DNA of 64,000 nucleotides from an uncultured delta proteobacterium (lineage in GTDB: Bacteria; Desulfobacterota; Binatia; Bin18). A model generated the notes under the pieces. It worked only from the letters and a program-made list of their open reading frames with translations, did not search any database and was not told the DNA's origin. Positions 57,273 to 64,000 of the stretch are shown here, piece by piece; the first letter of the stretch is position 1, and the number at the start of each line of letters is the position of its first letter. Location: positions 1-64,000 of the forward strand of contig CAVTCR010000073.1 in the NCBI GenBank assembly GCA_963733195.1, read 5' to 3'. The position numbers were made by a program, and so were the translations under genes.

Positions 57273-59084
57273 TCACTGCTCGTTCAGTAACTGACGGATA
57301 GCGACGAAGCGTTCCTGTATCTGAGTGCGACCACCAGGTTGTGCGACCTTGGCACGGAGGTCAGGTGGAAGGAAATTGAGTTGGGTGCATTCGAGCACCG
57401 CCGCGAGTTCTTGTAATTCTTTCTCTAACCCTTGTGCCGACGGAATGAAATCGCGCACCGCTTCTTCGAGGTCTGCTTTTTGCAATTCGGTGCGCCCAGC
57501 CGCGAGGACGTGTCGTTTCGCACCCAAGACGATACTCTCAATATCTGCACCGCTGAGGTGGCGGTCGGCGCTGACCGCAGGAATGTCCTCTGGTGCGAGT
57601 TTGATTTTATTTTTGCGTGCCATGACTGCAAACATCTCACGGATTTCTGCATCATCATGCGGATAGAACATGGGAATATGCACTTCGGCTCGCCCTTGCC
57701 GCTTGATGTCAATCGGTAAGAGGTCAGGCCGAGAGGTGAGCAGCATCCAGACAATCTTGCCGCGATAACGGGTGTCGCCCATCTGGCTGGCGATCATGGA
57801 GAACACGCGACTCGAGGTGCCAGAATCGCCCTCGCTTTGGCGATTGCCAAGCGCAGCATCAGCTTCATCAATTAGGACAACCACTGGACCAAGAGAACGA
57901 AGGACGGTGAGGACTTGCTCGAGATTGCCTTCGGTTTCACCTACGTATTTCGAGCGGAAGTTGCGCAGTTTGACACAGGGAATACCAATCGACCCAGCGT
58001 AGCATTCTGCCAGGAACGACTTACCTGTACCCACCGGACCGCACAACAAATACCCCATCGGAGCGGCATCCAGTTGTCCGCTGGCAATCAGCGCTGCATC
58101 CTCGCGCAAGCGATCTTTGGCTGCTTGCTGGCCGACCACTAAGTCAAGCGTGTGAAAAGGTTCAATAAATTCCAACAGGTTCTGACATTGACGTTCGATT
58201 AGTGTTTTCTTGAGTTCGCCGAACTGCCGATCATCGACGCGACGGGCCGAATGTTTAGCTTGGGAGAGGAGCACATTCAAATTGACCAAGCTAAGACCGT
58301 TCGCTCGGTCTGCGAGTTGTTCGGGAGTGAAATCGGTCAGTTGGGAAAAGTTCTGCGTACGACCGATCCACCGTGAAAACTGCTCTCGTTCCACCTTTCC
58401 CGGCAGGGGCACTTCGATGGTTGCGACATGTGGATTCTGCACTAGTCGTGAGTTGATCTCTGAAAGCTTCTCGGCGATCAGGCAAAATGCAATGTTTACT
58501 CGTTTGATGTAGGGATTCTGCGCCCAGCCGAGAAAGCGGACTAAATTGGTTCCTGGTCCACGACCTAACAGACTGAGATCTCCAGCAGGAACTAAGTGTG
58601 AAGCATACTCAAACAGGAGACCGACACTTTTCCGCTGCGCGGTGTCTGGCTCTAAGAGGTTACGTTCAAGGAAGCGATCCAATAACAAGAGGACATTTTC
58701 AGGATCGCGCGGCCAGGAGCCAGCCTCACCAAGACGAGTGGTCAGTGTCTGAGCCATCATCTGTTGACGTTTGCTATTCCCTCCAGCAAACGGGCGTAAC
58801 CCGCGTCCGAGGTCATAGTGTACGACCAGATCCCAAGCACCAAACACTTGTGTGGCAAGAAATTCACTCAGCGTAGTGTAGGTATCTTCCTCTTCTGGGG
58901 TCGTTGCCGGACAGCGAACCAGATCATGAATATTGCCGTGCAGAACAAAGACACAGGTTGTGCCAGAAAAATACAGATCCGCGAGCTCACGTGCCCAACT
59001 TGGATACCATGAAGGAAGGGCGGGAACACCGGTCGGTCTCTGAGGCGACAACGGTTCTGGAGTAGTCGTGAAAGCCACACGCAA
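57273..59084 (-). CDS. Classical-clade AAA+ ATPase with a long N-terminal (possibly degenerate AAA) region
   Basis: GPVGTGKS, SKYVGE pore loop, IDEAD and TSRPDLL..KRQGR. Confidence 0.9.
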   Translation of the reverse strand: MRVAFTTTPEPLSPQRPTGVPALPSWYPSWARELADLYFSGTTCVFVLHGNIHDLVRCPATTPEEEDTYTTLSEFLATQVFGAWDLVVHYDLGRGLRPFAGGNSKRQQMMAQTLTTRLGEAGSWPRDPENVLLLLDRFLERNLLEPDTAQRKSVGLLFEYASHLVPAGDLSLLGRGPGTNLVRFLGWAQNPYIKRVNIAFCLIAEKLSEINSRLVQNPHVATIEVPLPGKVEREQFSRWIGRTQNFSQLTDFTPEQLADRANGLSLVNLNVLLSQAKHSARRVDDRQFGELKKTLIERQCQNLLEFIEPFHTLDLVVGQQAAKDRLREDAALIASGQLDAAPMGYLLCGPVGTGKSFLAECYAGSIGIPCVKLRNFRSKYVGETEGNLEQVLTVLRSLGPVVVLIDEADAALGNRQSEGDSGTSSRVFSMIASQMGDTRYRGKIVWMLLTSRPDLLPIDIKRQGRAEVHIPMFYPHDDAEIREMFAVMARKNKIKLAPEDIPAVSADRHLSGADIESIVLGAKRHVLAAGRTELQKADLEEAVRDFIPSAQGLEKELQELAAVLECTQLNFLPPDLRAKVAQPGGRTQIQERFVAIRQLLNEQ

Positions 59085-59087
59085 CCC

Positions 59088-59843
59088 CTATGAACTCTGC
59101 TTGAGCGTTTCGGCCTGTGCTGGTCCGAGTTCTTTCTGGCTTGCCGCTACGCCAGCACTCTCCGGGGTGACCATGCCCATTTGCGTTTCAAATTCACGCA
59201 AGGCTTGCTCGGCTATGTTTCTCTCCACGGCTTCTTCGCGTTTGATATCGGCCACACCTTCGCTGGAGAGATCGGCGGCGACTCGCGACTTGGCACGGTT
59301 AAGGTTGATCTTGTCATGAATGACCTGTTCAATTTGCCCGAAATCGGTTGTCACATCGAAGTTGAACGTATTTGCCAACTCCGCCATCTCAGCTTCGGCA
59401 CGACTCATCTTCAACTCAGCATCATACTTGGTGATCTTGTCGCGGATGTCAGCGAGTTTTTTCCCGGCGTGTTTAATCTTGGCGAGATTATTATTATAGG
59501 CCTCCTCATGCAGCGTGAGATTATTTTCATTTTCTGCCAGTTGGTTTTTGGCTTTTTGCAAATCGAGAGCATGTTTGGCTGCTGTCTCACGATCCCCGGC
59601 CTGCAGATAGGCTTTGATCCGTGCTTCGAGTGAAGACACTTGAGTTTTATCGTTGGCGACTCGGCGCATAACTTGTTCGACTAACGCCCGGTATTGTGCC
59701 AACCCTTCACGCCCACCTTTGAGTTCTTCGACCGCCTGATCATACTCATACTGCATCTGTGCGATCGGGTCTGAGGCCCAAAAAAAGTTGGCGAGTTTAT
59801 TGAGTTGAGCTTGGAGCGTGACCCACAATTTTTCGAAGATCAT
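59088..59843 (-). CDS. PspA/IM30 (ESCRT-III superfamily)-like protein
   Basis: MIFEKLW amphipathic start, DPIAQMQ, long coiled coil, AG.RETAA motif. Confidence 0.7.
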   Translation of the reverse strand: MIFEKLWVTLQAQLNKLANFFWASDPIAQMQYEYDQAVEELKGGREGLAQYRALVEQVMRRVANDKTQVSSLEARIKAYLQAGDRETAAKHALDLQKAKNQLAENENNLTLHEEAYNNNLAKIKHAGKKLADIRDKITKYDAELKMSRAEAEMAELANTFNFDVTTDFGQIEQVIHDKINLNRAKSRVAADLSSEGVADIKREEAVERNIAEQALREFETQMGMVTPESAGVAASQKELGPAQAETLKQSS

Positions 59844-60190
59844 GTTTGCCTCCCCTTCGCGGATGGGTGCTAACTGCCCGTCATCTTTATAGTGTTACTG
59901 AAGTGTAGCCGCCAGTCTAGCACAGGAAAGAGCGCCAATGTATGACCTCAGACCCTCGGCGGCGACAAAAAACAGCGAAAGAGCGATTTGTCAAGAGATG
60001 TGCCCATTTCAACTAAAATTCCTGCTCCTGTAGTCGATAACAACTAGAGACAATCTCAAGAGAATACTGATGTCGTGGAGTGAAACTAAATCGAAACACA
60101 GTAGATTCGTATACTTGATCTTTTGACAGCCTCTCCGCTCGGACGAGCAGTTCTGGTTGACCGTGTCAAGAATTTGAGGTCAGAGAATTC

Positions 60191-61669
60191 ATGAAACAAC
60201 TATCTGTCGTCGCAAAATATACCTTTGCAGGGGTACTGTTCGGTTGTTGTTTGCCGCTTGGGGCGACGATACTGGACCTATCAGTCCAAGGCCGATCCTT
60301 TACCCTTATCGACATTATTGCGGTGCAACGTTTACAGCCGTTCCACTGGGTTATTGATACAACACCGTTTTTTCTTGGACTTCTCGCTGCCCTGGTCGGG
60401 AAACGTGCACAAGCAGCTCAATACTATCAGCCCTTCTTTTCGCTGTCGCTCGATGTGCTGTGTATCGCTGGGTTTGACGGTACCTTTAAGCAAGTGAACC
60501 CCGCTGTGGAAAAGATCCTGGGGTACACCGCGGGCGAAATGATTGATCATCCGTTTCTCGAGTTTGCTCATCCAGACGACCATATAGCAACCATTGAGGT
60601 GACGAAAAACCTTGCGAATGGAAACGATGAGATTGACTTTGAGAATCGCTACCGTTGCAAGGACGGTTCCTACCGGTGGCTCTCATGGCGAGCGAGGTCC
60701 GTGCTGGACCAACAACAGATCTACGCAATTGGTGTGGATGTGACTGATCAGAAACGGATGGAAGAAAAGCTTCATAAACAAATCGCGGAGATTAACAGCG
60801 GAGTTCAAACGTTAGCTTCTTCGGTGAATCAAATCGTCGGTTCAATGGCACAACTGCTGGCTGCGACCTCAGAGACAGCGACGACCGTTGCTCAAACGGC
60901 GACGACGATCGAGGAAGTCAAACAAACGGCGTCTGTGTCGAGCCAGAAGGCACAGGAGATATCTGCCAGTGCCCAGCAGGCAGTGCAGGTTGCTCAGGCC
61001 GGCGAGCAGGTGGTGGAACTGGCACGCTCTGGGCTTGCCCGCGCCCGAGATCAGATTCGTTCGATTGCTGACAGTGTGTTGCAACTCGGCACACAAACCC
61101 AAGCGATCAGTGAGATTATTGCCTCGGTGAACGAACTCGCTGAGCAGTCAAACTTACTGGCCGTCAATGCGGCCATCGAAGCTGCGAACGCCGGTGAACA
61201 CGGCAAGGGATTTGCCATCGTCGCCCGTGAGGTGAAACGGTTAGCCGAACAATCAAAACAGGCGACCTCGCAGGTACGGTTGCTGCTGAGTGAGATTAAA
61301 AAGGCGAGCACAGCTGCAGTATTGGTTACCGAGCAGGGAGCAAAAGCCGTCGAGGCAGGAGTACAGCAATCCCTGGAAGCAGGCGAATCGATTCGCACAC
61401 TCAGTCAGGGTATTGCCGAAGCCTCGTATTCTGTCACCCAGATTGCCGTTTCCAGCCAAGAACAACTAGTAGGTATCGATCAAGTGTCGACCGCAATCTC
61501 CAGCATTCGCATCGCCAGTCAGCAGAATACTGTCGGCATCAGGCAAGTCGAAGAAGCTGTGCGAAACCTACAACAAGTAGGGCGGTCGTTGCAGTTATTA
61601 GCCGAGCAGTCAACGCTGGCATCGACCACGAGACTGGGCGGAGTAAGCCTTTCTTCGACTCAGGTGTAG
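60191..61669 (+). CDS. Methyl-accepting chemotaxis protein with PAS domain
   Basis: Two TMs, PAS (HPDD..CKDGSYRW) and LAEQSNLLAVNAAIEAA..GKGFAIVA. Confidence 0.93.
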   Translation: MKQLSVVAKYTFAGVLFGCCLPLGATILDLSVQGRSFTLIDIIAVQRLQPFHWVIDTTPFFLGLLAALVGKRAQAAQYYQPFFSLSLDVLCIAGFDGTFKQVNPAVEKILGYTAGEMIDHPFLEFAHPDDHIATIEVTKNLANGNDEIDFENRYRCKDGSYRWLSWRARSVLDQQQIYAIGVDVTDQKRMEEKLHKQIAEINSGVQTLASSVNQIVGSMAQLLAATSETATTVAQTATTIEEVKQTASVSSQKAQEISASAQQAVQVAQAGEQVVELARSGLARARDQIRSIADSVLQLGTQTQAISEIIASVNELAEQSNLLAVNAAIEAANAGEHGKGFAIVAREVKRLAEQSKQATSQVRLLLSEIKKASTAAVLVTEQGAKAVEAGVQQSLEAGESIRTLSQGIAEASYSVTQIAVSSQEQLVGIDQVSTAISSIRIASQQNTVGIRQVEEAVRNLQQVGRSLQLLAEQSTLASTTRLGGVSLSSTQV

Positions 61670-61714
61670 GAACCTGTCAGAGCCGCTTCTTTAGATTTGT
61701 TCTGAGGTGATGTG

Positions 61715-61743
61715 AACAAGGGGCTTAAAGCCCCTTGTTTTTC
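61715..61743. terminator. Hairpin between convergent genes
   Basis: AACAAGGGGCT-TAA-AGCCCCTTGTT followed by a T-run. Confidence 0.65.
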
Positions 61744-61774
61744 TCGTCCTGAAAAGAATACGTAGTCAACACAC

Positions 61775-64000
61775 TCAGGCCCATGTCTCAAGATCCGACC
61801 GGAAAACGCGTACCCGCTGGAGAATTCCCTCGCGCTGGGTGTTGAACCACGTCATCGCACCAGCAAGGAGCGCGGCAAGTGTCAACAGGATCACTGCCTG
61901 GCTCAAGCGTTGTTCAGGGAACAGCATGATGAGTTGCCAGCCGATGTTCCACACGAGACTGGCGACTCCAGTATAGAGAAACGCGCGAACACGGATAGCA
62001 ATCCCAAGGAAGACACCAGCCAGGCTGAGAGCCAGCGCAACGATAAACACTCCCAATCCTTGGTGAAGGAAGACATCTGAGGTTGCACTGACATACAGTG
62101 TGGTTGTTGCTGCTAAGCGAATGGTATTCAACACCTGAGGCTTAAGTTCATGGCGGTGGAGATGTGCGAGGAGGAGGACACTCAGAGCAATTGGAGTCAC
62201 ATATAGTTGGACAATGTGGTACTGCTCCGCCCACATGGGAATCCATAAATATACTGCCGCATTGAAAGCCGCGAGCGCTAGATAGAGAGGTAGTGACCGC
62301 TCGGTTTCACGGTACGTGAGAAGGTACAGTGCACTCGCGGCAATGAAAGCAGTACCAGCATGAGTAGATGCAAGGTGAAATGGAATCGTTGCGAAGAGGA
62401 GGAACGGTATCACCATCACGACATGGAAAAGTGGCTCAAGTCGCACGAAATGATAAAGTGCGAACAAAGCGTAGGTAGCAATCATCAGTGCCGTTGTATC
62501 CCATGCTGATGCGGGAGCGAGACCGACGAGAATGAGGCGAATATAGAAACCCACTGCTCCGGCAAATAGTGCAGTGCCATAGGTCCACTGTGACGTTTGT
62601 GAGTGCCACGCTTGTCGTGCCCCCAAAGCAAGTAGCAACCCTGCTGCACCAAAGGCAGCGATCTTATCTGAGCCTTCACTGAGCCACTGTGGGGTGCTAC
62701 CGGCAGCAAGCGCAGTGAAGAGAGAGAATGCATGCAAGAGCCATTCAATAACAGCTAAACCAGCGGCGATCTGCCATGCCCACGACAGTAGTGGTGTGAG
62801 TATGCCCGATGAAGGGGGTAGGGTGTCTAGCGAATCTTCTGTCGGTTCCGCGTGGTTCTTTTGTAGTTTCCAGTCTGCCCACATAAAGAAACAGGCGATG
62901 ACGGCGAGTTGTAGCGAATACCACGGCCATAAGAGATGGATCTGCGCGAACGGTATCCACAGGAGGGGCCAATCGTGGAGCACCACCAAGATCATAGCAC
63001 CGGAGGCAAGTAGCCAACGCCGTTGCTGTCGCTGCCACCCGAGAACGGCCGCGGTGTCGATCAACACGAGTAGTGCAAGGAGTTGCTCATTGAACGGGGT
63101 CGGAAGCAGCACCAATGCAGTTATCGCAGCAACAAGACTGGGCTCGACCCATTGCGTCAGTATACTTCCGTAGAGGCTCAGTTCGTTCGCCTCCCCATTG
63201 GCGTTTCTCCCAGAGAAAATGCGAAGCACACACGGTGGCGCTCCATAAAGCGACAAAGAACGGGAAGTGGAAGACTGCGGAAACATACCCGAGCCAGGCA
63301 ACGAGGGCCGTGCAACTAAGTGCGACGAACAAGGCGTGACCTTCCCACGCCTGTTTATGTCGCCACCACAGGTGCAGGAACGAAAACGCCAACGTTCCGG
63401 TGAAAACAAGCAACTCAAGCCACTGTACGTCACTTGCAGGAAACAAACTGTCTACATTGTTGCTACAAAGGAGAAATACGAAGTGGCAGAGCCGTACAAG
63501 AAAAAACCCTGCGGGAAGGAGCAAGAACGGATGTGGGAGGTTATGCCTTTGCCAACTTAAGCGTGCAGTCAGTGCCTCTCCGTACAGGTGCCACCAGGGA
63601 ACGACGAGCAGCAGCAAGTTGAGCCAGACCAACTCACTGATGGGAGGACTAATTGGAAGCAGAAGTAGAGGCGAACTCGTCGCAAAGAGGGGTGGATCAG
63701 CCCACCATGCGGAGGTGAGAGTGGTGCCAACCCTGGTCAGAAGAAATACTGCAATCCATGAGAATCCGCTCCAATTGCTGTTGCGCAGCATCAGAAATAA
63801 ATACGCCGCGCTAGCGATGAGATAACCGGCATGTTGGAGAAGAGCGATGCGAGACAGGTGAAGCGTATCAAGAGACGAGAGCAAAAGGCAAAAACTGACA
63901 GTGAACAACCCAAACCACGGCCAGGTATCGGGCGCAATTGTCCACTGTGATTGCCGTGCATTCCACAGCGGCAGCGCGAAGTTTGCTGCTGCCCAGAGTG
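61775..64000 (-). CDS. Large polytopic membrane protein (partial, frameshifted)
   Basis: Continuous hydrophobic reading frames running to the window edge. Confidence 0.75.

Noticed and set aside
59990-60006. Sigma-54 promoter for the pspA-like operon (GGGCACATCTCTTGAC)
   Set aside because: The -12 element is GA rather than the conserved GC, so it is too weak to call.

Overview
Bacterial chromosome segment, roughly 55% GC by eye. The gene content (adenylate cyclase-AAA-TPR protein, CaiB CoA transferase, Rieske oxygenase, class III PHA synthase, 7-mer repeats) suggests a Binatia/Deltaproteobacteria-like metagenome assembly, but that is only an inference. Single-base frameshifts are dense in the first ~19 kb and affect housekeeping genes too, so many are probably sequencing errors. 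The main feature is a type I-G (I-U) CRISPR-Cas locus at ~8.5-20 kb: cas4-cas1 fusion, cas2, cas3 with a C-terminal HD domain, csx17/cas8u, csb1, csb2, a leader and a 6-repeat array. It is preceded, 4 bp upstream of cas4, by a co-oriented nurA-like/herA pair. herA is split by an IS630 element that carries a nested IS701/IS4-like element, csb1 is split by a 164-bp MITE, and three toxin-antitoxin modules sit in or beside the locus. Further right are metabolic genes, a PHA storage neighbourhood, a two-cassette integron remnant with no integrase (47.4-49.0 kb), a seven-gene PspA/ESCRT-III-like + AAA ATPase + ABC/OmpA operon (51.9-59.8 kb), a PAS-MCP chemoreceptor and a large membrane protein running off the end of the window.
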